Shown here piece by piece: positions 37,738-46,881 of a stretch of 51,356 bases of DNA. Source of the DNA: a virus (taxonomy: Duplodnaviria; Caudoviricetes); the IMG/VR virus record IMGVR_UViG_3300046060_000001, positions 1-51,356 of that record; one strand, written 5' to 3'. Within the stretch, counting starts at the first letter, position 1. The number at the start of each line of letters is the position of its first letter. A program made the translations under genes and the position numbers. The notes beneath the pieces were generated by a model. That model ran no database searches, was not told where the DNA came from, and was given only the letters and a program-made list of their open reading frames with translations.

Positions 37738-38078
37738 CGGTCGTTCACCCTGATTTCAAACGAGCCACTACTTGGGTCCTGTACCGGATGTACCCTAAAT
37801 CTAACTTTGTCCCACGGTTCAGTTATCAAATCAGACTCGTATTCGTTTTTGGGGACAGTTAGTGATGGCAGCTCTGAATCTTCTCCTCTAAGGTATTCTC
37901 CCTGTGTAAAGTCGCTATCCATGCTATCGGTAACTTCTATCTTAACCTCCACCCTCACAGAAAACTCGTTGATAAATCTAAATAGGTACGCGCTTTCGTG
38001 GCTTTGCAATTGGTAAACTTTGATTTCCTCTTCCAACCCTATCTCGCTGTTATCGTATGTGACTACTGTTTCTGTCAT
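37734..38078 (-). CDS. Hypothetical protein
   Basis: Coupled beta-rich ORF. Confidence 0.55.
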   Translation of the reverse strand: MTETVVTYDNSEIGLEEEIKVYQLQSHESAYLFRFINEFSVRVEVKIEVTDSMDSDFTQGEYLRGEDSELPSLTVPKNEYESDLITEPWDKVRFRVHPVQDPSSGSFEIRVNDR

Positions 38079-38082
38079 GATG

Positions 38083-39606
38083 TTACTCTCCCCATGCCAA
38101 CGAAGGTGGTGCTTCTATGTGGTCGAATTCGTGAGCCCAGACCGACATATAAGCTCCGTCCAAGAAGTCAGGCGATCTACCGAGGACATCCTTGATCTTC
38201 TCCTTCGAGTCGGCCTGATAGACGTTACTTTCGCGGCTTTTGATATACTTCTCGTTGAAGCTTATAACGGAAGTCGCTTTGAGAAGCTCCTCTCTAAGTC
38301 TATGGTCGTCGTAGTTAGTGCCGTTTCCGAGTGCAGTACCCAACGCATTGAGTCCCTCTGACCATCGATCCTTATACTTATCCTTTTGGGAGGCCTCGTG
38401 CTGAGACTTGAACCTGAACGCGTTCGGGTAGGCATCACAGAGTCTGTCGGCGAGGCCACTTCCCTCTCCAACCGCGTCTATCGCTATAGGTGCTTTGGGT
38501 TTCTCGTCGAATACTTCTCTTGCCCTTGACTCATTGGCGTTATGATCCATCCCCGTCCAAACATCTTGGACGTAGAGCTGACGTCCCATGCCGGAGAATG
38601 AGAATATGACGTTACGGTCTCCACCAGAACCAGCAACGTCCATACCGTAAGCCTCCGGCTGATGATTACCACGGTCCATCAATTCAACGTACCCATCACG
38701 AACCTGTTCAGCGTATATCGGGCGGTGGACAGAAGACGACTGTGGCGGAATAACTCCAAGTCTCCGTTTGAACCACCGAGCATCGAGTCCCTCCAACCTC
38801 TCCTTTTCCTCATCGTCCAACTGATACTCCACGTCGTAGTTCCTTTCGACTATGTCTGCTATTTGTTTAGCCTTATCGACTCCTGGCCATTCTCCAACGT
38901 TCCAATTACGGTAGTCCTCCTTAATGAGGTCGAGGGTAACTAAGCCTTCTACTTCCTTTCTACGCCTTCTAACGTTGTGACTCTCGAAGGATGAGAATTG
39001 GATAACGTGCCAGTCGTCGTTATCGTGTAATCGGTCCCAAACCACTCCAGTTTGGTCATCCGGCGGATTAGCGATTGCTACGAACCTATCTCCAACGTCA
39101 GTAATGGACGAGTATGCGGAGTCAAAGTGCTCGGAGGTAATGTACTTCTTATCTGCTTCCTCTATAACGACCATAACCCGGCTGGCGTGTCTGCCCTCGA
39201 GATCTCCGGGGTCAGTTGGACTTATGACCTTCGCGTACCAATTACGGTCTATGTCCAATTTGTTCTTGTGGTCTCTGACCTTTCCGGGAACTCCCGCGGA
39301 CTCTTTAAGTTCCTCGAATATCTCAGCCATCGGATTCCAAACACTATCACGGTACTGAGCGTAACTGCCCGAGGTCCCTATTACTTTGCTGTCGGGATTC
39401 GTAAGTAAAAACGCCAACTTACTTAGGGCGACAGCGAAGGATTTTCCAACCCCGTTACCCGAAACTATGAGAACGTTGCGGTTCTCCTCTATAGCCCTAA
39501 TTATCTTCTTTTGCTCTTTAGTAGGTTCAGCCTCGGTAAAATTCAGAACGAATTTGAGGAGTTGCAGCTGGTCCTGGTCGGCAGTAGCACTAACTGCTGT
39601 ACTCAT
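38083..39606 (-). CDS. terL: Terminase large subunit
   Basis: SGNGVGKS Walker A, VVIEEA Walker B, IANP, GMDVAGSGGD, AIDAVGEG, SPDFLDG. Confidence 0.93.
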   Translation of the reverse strand: MSTAVSATADQDQLQLLKFVLNFTEAEPTKEQKKIIRAIEENRNVLIVSGNGVGKSFAVALSKLAFLLTNPDSKVIGTSGSYAQYRDSVWNPMAEIFEELKESAGVPGKVRDHKNKLDIDRNWYAKVISPTDPGDLEGRHASRVMVVIEEADKKYITSEHFDSAYSSITDVGDRFVAIANPPDDQTGVVWDRLHDNDDWHVIQFSSFESHNVRRRRKEVEGLVTLDLIKEDYRNWNVGEWPGVDKAKQIADIVERNYDVEYQLDDEEKERLEGLDARWFKRRLGVIPPQSSSVHRPIYAEQVRDGYVELMDRGNHQPEAYGMDVAGSGGDRNVIFSFSGMGRQLYVQDVWTGMDHNANESRAREVFDEKPKAPIAIDAVGEGSGLADRLCDAYPNAFRFKSQHEASQKDKYKDRWSEGLNALGTALGNGTNYDDHRLREELLKATSVISFNEKYIKSRESNVYQADSKEKIKDVLGRSPDFLDGAYMSVWAHEFDHIEAPPSLAWGE

Positions 39607-40196
39607 TAGAACTCTTCCTCCATGAAACTCCTCCAGCTATCAGCTTTGGACTCCTCAGCCTGAGCCTTCTTCGTCTCGGGGTCCTGCATGATACCTAACT
39701 TCTTCATCCTCTCGATAACGCTTTCCTGTAAGCGCCGATGCTGATGAATCAGTTTGTTTATCTTCTCGTCGCCATTAGAAGTCTTCTGAAGCAAGGGTTG
39801 TGCTACGTACTCAGATGACCTCCGAACCAAGTGCATATCAACGGCGAGCTGTCGAGCGACCTCCTTATCAACCTCATCAATCATTCCCTGAACCCGCATA
39901 AACCTCTGCGTGATATCGTAAGCTATCTTCTCCAGCTTTTCCCGGTCCGCCTGGTCCTGTCTCGCGTAGTAACCATGGTTCGGCTCGAAAAGACCGTAGT
40001 TCGGAAGTTCTTCCTCGTCATCCTCGTGGAGAATACAAAGGCCACTTCCCTGATGCTTAGTCCCCCAACCAGCTGGATGTTCACATTGGTTCCACGGTAC
40101 TCTATCGTCGTCGGAAGTATCTACCCCACAAATGTCACTAGACGGTTGAACTGGGGACGAAGTAGCCTGTCCCTCATCGGAGGCAGTATCGCTCAT
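39606..40196 (-). CDS. terS: Probable terminase small subunit
   Basis: Directly upstream of TerL; C...PAGWGT.H.GSG.C..H motif followed by a helical region. Confidence 0.65.
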   Translation of the reverse strand: MSDTASDEGQATSSPVQPSSDICGVDTSDDDRVPWNQCEHPAGWGTKHQGSGLCILHEDDEEELPNYGLFEPNHGYYARQDQADREKLEKIAYDITQRFMRVQGMIDEVDKEVARQLAVDMHLVRRSSEYVAQPLLQKTSNGDEKINKLIHQHRRLQESVIERMKKLGIMQDPETKKAQAEESKADSWRSFMEEEF

Positions 40197-40678
40197 AGTA
40201 CCACCTCTCTAAGAGCGTCGATGAAAATAGCCTCGTCTCTGCTCTGATATTCAGGTTGACTCTTTTTCTTATGAGCCTCGCGTATTAACAAGCGCTTATT
40301 GTGTGAGTATTCCTCATCGTCCATTAACTCACAGAGGTTATCTATATTTCTTTCGAGTTCGCTTCTCGAAAGCGGTCTAACCTTCATGAACGGTAGAAGT
40401 ACGCCGCATTCGCAAATATTCCGACTTGAAGGATACTGATTGTCTTTCGACTTCGGATAGACTTTTTCTATACTCGTGGGTTCGGGGTAGTACTTCTCGT
40501 TTTGCAAATGCTTCGTGAGAGCGAGGCGAACCCACTCTGGCCACCATTCCTTCTCGACGTAATGAGTTCGATTGAAACAGTTATCGCATACTCCCGACTG
40601 GTGGACTAGACTTTGGAAGAACTTCTGAGCGTTAGTCTCCTCGATATCAGAACCAGAAGATGTAGCTGTCGTGCTCAT
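40193..40678 (-). CDS. Hypothetical Zn-binding protein
   Basis: CDNC...CECG. Confidence 0.6.
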   Translation of the reverse strand: MSTTATSSGSDIEETNAQKFFQSLVHQSGVCDNCFNRTHYVEKEWWPEWVRLALTKHLQNEKYYPEPTSIEKVYPKSKDNQYPSSRNICECGVLLPFMKVRPLSRSELERNIDNLCELMDDEEYSHNKRLLIREAHKKKSQPEYQSRDEAIFIDALREVVL

Positions 40679-40691
40679 TATGTCTATAGAC

Positions 40692-40810
40692 TACCCCGAA
40701 TCTTACGCGGTGATCTAGTCGGCGCCTTTTCCTTCTCCCGTCAACGACTCTTCGGTTTCCAAGATCGCTACCACGTAAGTGCCGCCGTTATGCGGACTTA
40801 CCTCGGAGCA
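40692..40810 (-). ncRNA. Candidate structured RNA or leader upstream of the terminase operon
   Basis: Nested stems by eye: UGCUCCGAG/UUCGGGGUA, CUUACGUGGU/ACCGCGUAAG, GAUCU/AGAUC, AGUCG/CGACU, side hairpin CCGC/GCGG; TATA-like boxes at 40824-40849. Confidence 0.55.
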
Positions 40811-40884
40811 TACCTTATGTCATATTTAAAAATCGAGGGCTTTATATTTTTGTGTTGCTAGACTTCTACACAATTGCGCACGTA

Positions 40885-41232
40885 TTAGATGTGCTGTTCT
40901 ATCATTGCCAGCTCTTTTCCGACCAATGAATCGACTTCAGCCTCTCTAATCATCTCTATTACAACCTCGAAATACTTCCTTGGCGCCCTGACCTGCCATT
41001 CGTCTCCCCCACTATTTTTCTCGTAGTCGTACGGTAGATGGCCAACCGTGAACTCTCCGAATGTCCTCATTTCCCGCTCTGTAAGTTCTCGTCGTGACTG
41101 AATGATCTCCTTGGCCTCTTCAACTTGTGTCTCGAACCAGAACCAATTTCTCTTCGGCATAGATACCTCGACTTCATCCATGCGATTGATCTCTTCGACT
41201 GTCCAAAACTCGGTTTCGGTCTCAGTTATCAT
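40885..41232 (-). CDS. Hypothetical protein
   Basis: Acidic ORF with TATA-like AAATTTATA upstream. Confidence 0.6.
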   Translation of the reverse strand: MITETETEFWTVEEINRMDEVEVSMPKRNWFWFETQVEEAKEIIQSRRELTEREMRTFGEFTVGHLPYDYEKNSGGDEWQVRAPRKYFEVVIEMIREAEVDSLVGKELAMIEQHI

Positions 41233-41500
41233 TTTACCTTTGTCCGTATAGGGTAGTAAGGGTTCCAGTAGTATAAATTTTTAGGAACGTAAATTCTTTG
41301 GATACATATCATTCTATACGTCTCCATGGAACCCACTTTACAGGGTCAAAAGGGTAGGGTTAGACCGGAGGAAACCCCGTTCCTCGAGGTTCCATAACAA
41401 CTCATCCATCTATTGCCATTTTTCGGGTGTCTTAGGGAGTCAAAACCCGCTTACGAGCCTTCCATTTCCATTATGGGGACAGTTGAAGATTTGGCCGGCT

Positions 41501-42076
41501 TTATTCGTAGGGAGGCTCCTCTATGATGATTTCTATTTCTTGATCGTCTATATCCGCCGTCTTTTGTATCTCTAGTTCGAGTTCCTCCAGCCCCATGCCA
41601 GTATACGTCAGAGCAACTCTTCTAATCTTGATTATGATCTTGACCTTACTATACGACATCACAGATATCATTTGGGGCTGACAATGAAGTATACCTTTAA
41701 CAGTCCTCTCTATTACTTCAGTCTCACTCATATTAACATTCAACTTCTCCTGTTCCTCGTCCTTCTCTTCATAATTCCCCTGCTCTATTAGCACGTGAGA
41801 ATCCATCCCTTCTATAGGCTTCAATCGATATATAGGAAACGTGTAGAACGTTTTATCATTGCTTTCCAGCTGTTCCTTTCGAAGAGTATCCGGGTAAATA
41901 CATTCCACGGTAGGAGACGTACGAGCATACTTCTTATTTCCGTCATATTCAGAAACAGGCGTACCATTAACTTTCACCTTGTTAGCGGGGTCTCCAGGCT
42001 TCGTAGTACAAATTAGTGGAACCCCACTTTCTTTATCCCTGGCTATCACTCCAGGACGGATTGCGTCCTTATCCAT
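41501..42076 (-). CDS. Hypothetical protein
   Basis: Coupled ORF; VSEYDGN..Y...VECIY...YTFP..RL. Confidence 0.6.
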   Translation of the reverse strand: MDKDAIRPGVIARDKESGVPLICTTKPGDPANKVKVNGTPVSEYDGNKKYARTSPTVECIYPDTLRKEQLESNDKTFYTFPIYRLKPIEGMDSHVLIEQGNYEEKDEEQEKLNVNMSETEVIERTVKGILHCQPQMISVMSYSKVKIIIKIRRVALTYTGMGLEELELEIQKTADIDDQEIEIIIEEPPYE

Positions 42077-42527
42077 CCTTGGCGGCCTCCCTCAACGCTT
42101 TGATATGCGAATTATCCTCCTCGGTACAAAATCTACAGTCATCTAAATCTTCCACGCTGTAAACTTTTTGTGCCTTCTCCCACGTGAGGGTTCTCAAATC
42201 TTGTGCCCGTACTACATGACACATCCTCAAGTGAAGCGTATCGGGTGTATTTACCCAAACTAGATCGTCTCCACTTAGTTCATCCCTACTCGTCTGGTAG
42301 GACAGAACCTTTTGCGGTGTAGTATCTTGAGGCGAAATTGCACTGAATCTATCATCACAAACGTAGCATTTCTCCATTTCGGAGACCTCATATTTCTCTT
42401 TGAATTCGTCCCACGGAGTCGGTCCCTTTAGATTGTGATTCCTTACATACCTACATTGCGACGTGTGGTAGACGTCCCTCTGAGAACCACTTCGATCTCT
42501 TACCCATGCCACATCTTCTTCAGTCAT
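42069..42527 (-). CDS. Protein with two H..C...CxxC metal-binding repeats
   Basis: VYHTSQC...CYVC and TLHLRMC...CRFC. Confidence 0.6.
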   Translation of the reverse strand: MTEEDVAWVRDRSGSQRDVYHTSQCRYVRNHNLKGPTPWDEFKEKYEVSEMEKCYVCDDRFSAISPQDTTPQKVLSYQTSRDELSGDDLVWVNTPDTLHLRMCHVVRAQDLRTLTWEKAQKVYSVEDLDDCRFCTEEDNSHIKALREAAKDG

Positions 42528-42820
42528 TGTACCTTGATAACTGGGTCCTCGATATGACTCGACCTACACTCGGGGCATTGAGACGGAAGATTCCACAGAT
42601 CTCCGAATTCAGTGAAGTCGCAGTTATTACACTCGGGTGGTGCAACCATAAACTCGTGGTCCGTATGTTCTACTAACTCGTCCACATAGTCTATGACCTC
42701 ATCCTTCGTAACATTTATCTCGTGGTCCGCGAGAGCATCCCTGATCGATCCAGGATTCATTTGCGGTCGCCTAAGTAACAGTGTTTCTATATACTGTAAC
42801 GTTGTTTTCTCCTCAGTCAT
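42524..42820 (-). CDS. HTH + Zn-ribbon transcriptional regulator (COG3357-like)
   Basis: VAPPECNNCDF...PSQCPECRSSHIEDP. Confidence 0.8.
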   Translation of the reverse strand: MTEEKTTLQYIETLLLRRPQMNPGSIRDALADHEINVTKDEVIDYVDELVEHTDHEFMVAPPECNNCDFTEFGDLWNLPSQCPECRSSHIEDPVIKVQ

Positions 42821-43148
42821 ATCGAATCCGGTCTACTTGTCGTCGGATTACCCTGTCCATCAAGGAAATTGTTGAAATAATCTCGGTGACACTGTTTACA
42901 GACCCATTGCTGTTTTCTGTCCTCTCCAGGCTTACGCGGAATCTCCCATAATCTATCTCTATCCCTATCACACCATGCGCATCGTACCATCTATTCCTCC
43001 TCTTTCTCCCATGTTCGTTCGAAGAGGTCCCGAGCAGTCTTCTTAGGAACGGCGCCCAACGATTCCACTCCCCGTCCCGCACTATATCCTCCGAAGAAAT
43101 ACTTCCAAGCCAGTTGCTTATCCTCGTTGTCGTACTCCTGGAAATCAA
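42813..43148 (-). CDS. Hypothetical protein
   Basis: Overlap-coupled ORF; start uncertain. Confidence 0.4.
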   Translation of the reverse strand: MISRSTTTRISNWLGSISSEDIVRDGEWNRWAPFLRRLLGTSSNEHGRKRRNRWYDAHGVIGIEIDYGRFRVSLERTENSNGSVNSVTEIISTISLMDRVIRRQVDRIRYD

Positions 43149-43501
43149 CTTGATCGCTCATTGAGTAAAACCCTCAGTTCGGGGCCCTCGCTTGCGATGA
43201 CGAAACTCCTATCTCCCAACCAATTGTACAAGGACATGGAGATGTCGTAGTCCGCCTGGGCGTTATTCGATGCCTCCTGGAGTACGTCTCCTGGCTTCTT
43301 GTCCCCGTGTTCATCCTCTGGGAATTCGAATTCATCAGGTATCTTCCCTCTCCACCTCTTATGGAGTAGCTCGTTTTCTTCCTCTGAGTCATATCCCAGA
43401 TGGTCAAATACGTACAGGAACCTACCTTTAGCAGACTTAGTAACTACTAGGACGGAATCGCTTTCCTTCTGTCGAAAGCTGAAGATAGAATCGCTAGCCA
43501 T
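43145..43501 (-). CDS. Hypothetical protein
   Basis: Acidic coupled ORF. Confidence 0.55.
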   Translation of the reverse strand: MASDSIFSFRQKESDSVLVVTKSAKGRFLYVFDHLGYDSEEENELLHKRWRGKIPDEFEFPEDEHGDKKPGDVLQEASNNAQADYDISMSLYNWLGDRSFVIASEGPELRVLLNERSS

Positions 43502-43502
43502 C

Positions 43503-43730
43503 TTAGAGTAGCTCTTGTTTTGAAACCCTCAGGGTGACGTCTTTCATTTTCATAGTCCCAACCATTTCATCATCCTCTTCAGACTTGTACCAGTCCCAAT
43601 GGCCGTCGTATCGATGGCCGTCCGCCGTACTCCTGAGTAATTCGAGGGCATCCTCTCTTTCCTCTCTAACCCCGATTACGTTGAAGTCGTCCATCTCAGA
43701 TTTCTCGACTACGTATACATGGTCGGGCAT
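43503..43730 (-). CDS. Hypothetical protein
   Basis: Acidic ORF downstream of a TATA-rich gap. Confidence 0.6.
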   Translation of the reverse strand: MPDHVYVVEKSEMDDFNVIGVREEREDALELLRSTADGHRYDGHWDWYKSEEDDEMVGTMKMKDVTLRVSKQELL

Positions 43731-43797
43731 TATCGGTTCGTTTGAATTTAGAGTGCCATCTTTTTATATCTTTATATAATTGGGTTCCGAAATACTC

Positions 43798-44295
43798 CTA
43801 CGATTTCAGATAGAGAACGTCATCATCATTTTCAGTCCTGATATTAGTTATCTCAAGTTCTAATTTTTCATCAAATGTACCATATTTCTTTCCGTTGAGA
43901 TACAGTTTTTTAAACGCCTTATCCAGGAGTTCTATCCCCTGATTTCGGGGTTCTAAAAATACAGTGATTGTTCCAGAAATTCCAAAGTTGCAATTTTTAC
44001 AAAAACAAGCCAAAGTTTTTCTAGACTTTTCGATATCTACCGATCCAAACGTCCATTTACCATCGTAATTCATGGGACTATCGTGTCCATCCCAGCCCCT
44101 CCTGCGCATTTCTCTAACTAGTTCCTCGTGTCTTTTATTGACCTGGGACAAATTGATTAGGTCATCTTCGGCGAGTCCTTCTAACTGATTTCTCATATCG
44201 GCATCTACAGAGCCAGGAATCATATGCAACTCTCGGTGCTCTCCCAGCAAATGATTCTGACACATCTTTGATGGGTCGACCATCCACATCCTCAT
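43798..44295 (-). CDS. denV: Pyrimidine dimer DNA glycosylase (T4 endonuclease V-like)
   Basis: MRMW.VDP..MC..HLLGEHRELH...RHEELV.EM.RRG..H.SP. Confidence 0.85.
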   Translation of the reverse strand: MRMWMVDPSKMCQNHLLGEHRELHMIPGSVDADMRNQLEGLAEDDLINLSQVNKRHEELVREMRRRGWDGHDSPMNYDGKWTFGSVDIEKSRKTLACFCKNCNFGISGTITVFLEPRNQGIELLDKAFKKLYLNGKKYGTFDEKLELEITNIRTENDDDVLYLKS

Positions 44296-44531
44296 GGTAC
44301 CACTAAAACCCTAAGCTCTGTCTCTGATAACGGCCAACAGTTGTATGGAGCGGATATTTCATGCCATTTAACATCCTGCAATTCAGGTCTATCCGATTGG
44401 GAACCATCGGAGCCTATCGTGAACGCGACCTTGTGTCTATAGCCATCAGTGTCGTAATCGATCTCTTTAACGGCTGAGTTTTGTTTGAGGTTGTCCACGA
44501 ACGAATCCAGCCGATGCATTTTATCCTTCAC
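44292..44531 (-). CDS. Hypothetical protein
   Basis: GTG start; coupled to denV. Confidence 0.5.
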   Translation of the reverse strand: MKDKMHRLDSFVDNLKQNSAVKEIDYDTDGYRHKVAFTIGSDGSQSDRPELQDVKWHEISAPYNCWPLSETELRVLVVP

Positions 44532-44582
44532 CTACGAGAAACTATGAGTGCCTTATATTTAAGATTTTAGATTCTTGGGTTC

Positions 44583-45590
44583 TTAGAGTGGTCCATCGTT
44601 CTTTATGACCTCAGTAAGTACTTCGCCCTTACTACTCCAATCCCAATCTCCCCAAGCCTCTAGCCACTCATCCGAAAGTTTCGTAGTTTTCCTAACCATG
44701 TTATCGTGCTTCAGGAGTTTGTGGACGACGTTAGCCATGTCCCCGTTCTCATCCAGTCCGAAGTAATGCTCTCCTTCTCCTATGTTATCCTGATACTTCT
44801 GGATCCATCTCCTAACATTGATCCCATATTCAGAGGTATTAAGCCAATCTCTGGGAATAGACTGCACGTCCCCAATCGCGTGTATGCGACAAATATACGG
44901 TCGTCCAGTTAGGAAAGCCTCGAAGGCCGTATTAGGCAAGACGTCCTGGGACGAAGGATTGAGTACCACTCTTGCATCTTGATACCTGTTACCCATGTTC
45001 GTAAACGGTACCGTCGGTCTTCTAGTGACGTTATCCGCTATATTACTAGTTCGAGGTCCGGAATAGTGAACCACGAAGTCATCTCCGGGTGCGTTCCCAG
45101 CTATCTGTTCGAGTTCGGCTCCTGGTTTTTGCTTACTTCCAAGCTTCGCTACCAGAGCATAGTCTTTTGCCTCCTCTAAGTCATATCTCTGGAATAACTC
45201 TCTGTTCGGAGGATTCGGAATCAGAGCGAAGTCTGCTAGATTAACCTTGAAATGCTGCTGTAAATAGCCTCGTATTATCGAGGGGTCCAGTACCGATATT
45301 GTATCGCATTTCATTAATGTCTCCTTAGCGTTTACTGGTTCTGCCTCTGTCGGAAACCCTCCGAGTTGTAGATGCAAATGCGTATCTTTGAAGTCTTCTA
45401 AGTCTACGGGGAAATGAATGTGTGGCGATACCACAGCGTCAAATCTATGAGTTTCCTCTGCCAACTCCTCCATCTCGTCCAGATATAGTTCTACTTCATG
45501 TCCAGCATCCAGTAAAGCCTTCGTATTTCCTCTAATCGCTTGGTGAGAACCCCCTGCTGTCGGTGTCCACCAAGCAAGTGCAACTTTCAT
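44583..45590 (-). CDS. GT-B fold glycosyltransferase
   Basis: MKVAL...AGGSH...L...GHEV; LNPSSQDVLPNTAFEAFLTGRP. Confidence 0.8.
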   Translation of the reverse strand: MKVALAWWTPTAGGSHQAIRGNTKALLDAGHEVELYLDEMEELAEETHRFDAVVSPHIHFPVDLEDFKDTHLHLQLGGFPTEAEPVNAKETLMKCDTISVLDPSIIRGYLQQHFKVNLADFALIPNPPNRELFQRYDLEEAKDYALVAKLGSKQKPGAELEQIAGNAPGDDFVVHYSGPRTSNIADNVTRRPTVPFTNMGNRYQDARVVLNPSSQDVLPNTAFEAFLTGRPYICRIHAIGDVQSIPRDWLNTSEYGINVRRWIQKYQDNIGEGEHYFGLDENGDMANVVHKLLKHDNMVRKTTKLSDEWLEAWGDWDWSSKGEVLTEVIKNDGPL

Positions 45591-46105
45591 AAATGAGTAC
45601 CCCTGAATACAGTTAGCCTACCATCTGCATAGCATGGGCCCATGTGAGCTGAATCGTACTCCTCTTTCATTGTTTCTAAGAAATCTGCGGGATAAAACCT
45701 TCTCCTAAGTACCGGCTCTTTGTGTGTTACATCGGTTGGACTCTCGTGAGTTCGTTCGACGTGAATAGTTCTCATCCTGGAGACTCTTGCGCATTCACTT
45801 ATTGCCTCTTTCCAATCGGGGACGTGTTGCAAAACGTTCTTTGTTACTACCGTAGGATACCTATCATCCGGAAGTGGTAAATCCTGAGCGTCTCCAACTA
45901 TATCCGGCTCGAACTCGGGAGTCAAATCCAATCCAATATACTCCCCATCAGGTATAAACCTCTTTAGCTCCTGAGTTCCACATCCAACTTCTAACACTGG
46001 TAAGTGAATTACCAAATCCTGTATCTGTACCCTTATTTCATCATTCCTTTCGGTTGAAAACTGCTCTTCGCACTCCTCTATCCTATCACTCCACTGAGTT
46101 TTCAT
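45587..46105 (-). CDS. Class I SAM-dependent methyltransferase
   Basis: VLEVGCG, YIGLD, GDAQDLP, VLQHV, ECARV; start ATG 46105. Confidence 0.9.
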   Translation of the reverse strand: MKTQWSDRIEECEEQFSTERNDEIRVQIQDLVIHLPVLEVGCGTQELKRFIPDGEYIGLDLTPEFEPDIVGDAQDLPLPDDRYPTVVTKNVLQHVPDWKEAISECARVSRMRTIHVERTHESPTDVTHKEPVLRRRFYPADFLETMKEEYDSAHMGPCYADGRLTVFRGTHL

Positions 46106-46881
46106 TCTTTTACCTCCTCTACCTCGAACCAAGGAACTACTGTCAGATGCTTATGTGGGTCGAGGTTACGTGCGTGAAATACTTGATCGCATCCTTCTTC
46201 GTATAAGCACTCTCCATGATCTGCAGTAATAACGACCTTGCCATCTAGATCGGGGACGATATCAAGAGTGCCCTCGAAAGCTAAACGATATGTTTCCTCA
46301 TAGGCCCTTTCGAGTTCCTCAGGTGTAATCTCGTCTTCTTCGAGGGCTTCCTTTGCTCTATTGATTTTACCCGACCCACTAGTCAATATCTCTAGTCCCT
46401 CGAACGGCGGATGTGGCTTAACGTACCGGATAACGCCTCCTTCGATTTCGTCGAAGTACTGTCTTGCTCCTTTATTTACCCTATCCGTGTGAGATTTCCA
46501 TACCTCGTCGTCCTCGTCCATTTCCAGATAGCCGAGTGAGGCGAGTCTCTTATGGACTTCGTCTTGACTTAAATCCCTGTAGTTCGGGGCAACTTTAAAC
46601 CAATCACGTCCATCATAGTCTGTCGCTCCAAAGTCTCGGAGTGGTACAGGGCTGAAGAGGCCAAGCTCATCGAAGTTCTGCGAGAGATGAGCCTCTGTCC
46701 AATCTCCCGTATATCCATAGTCCCCGTTCCATACCGCTTGAAGTTCTCCCTCGAAATACTGGTCGTACATATCAGCGAAGGTATCATACCTACCTCCATC
46801 GAACCATAGTATCCAGTCCCACTCTCGTTTGTCGATTAAACGCTTTTGTGCGGGGACCTCCACTTTCTTGGGAATGCTCAT
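46102..46881 (-). CDS. Alkaline phosphatase/sulfatase superfamily protein
   Basis: WDWILWFDGGRYD, KPHPPF, VITADHGE, H....H..L..VPW. Confidence 0.8.
   Translation of the reverse strand: MSIPKKVEVPAQKRLIDKREWDWILWFDGGRYDTFADMYDQYFEGELQAVWNGDYGYTGDWTEAHLSQNFDELGLFSPVPLRDFGATDYDGRDWFKVAPNYRDLSQDEVHKRLASLGYLEMDEDDEVWKSHTDRVNKGARQYFDEIEGGVIRYVKPHPPFEGLEILTSGSGKINRAKEALEEDEITPEELERAYEETYRLAFEGTLDIVPDLDGKVVITADHGECLYEEGCDQVFHARNLDPHKHLTVVPWFEVEEVKE

Noticed and set aside
41233-41500. Possible ncRNA or tiny ORFs in this 270-bp gap
   Set aside because: Only very short ORFs, and no convincing nested structure found by eye
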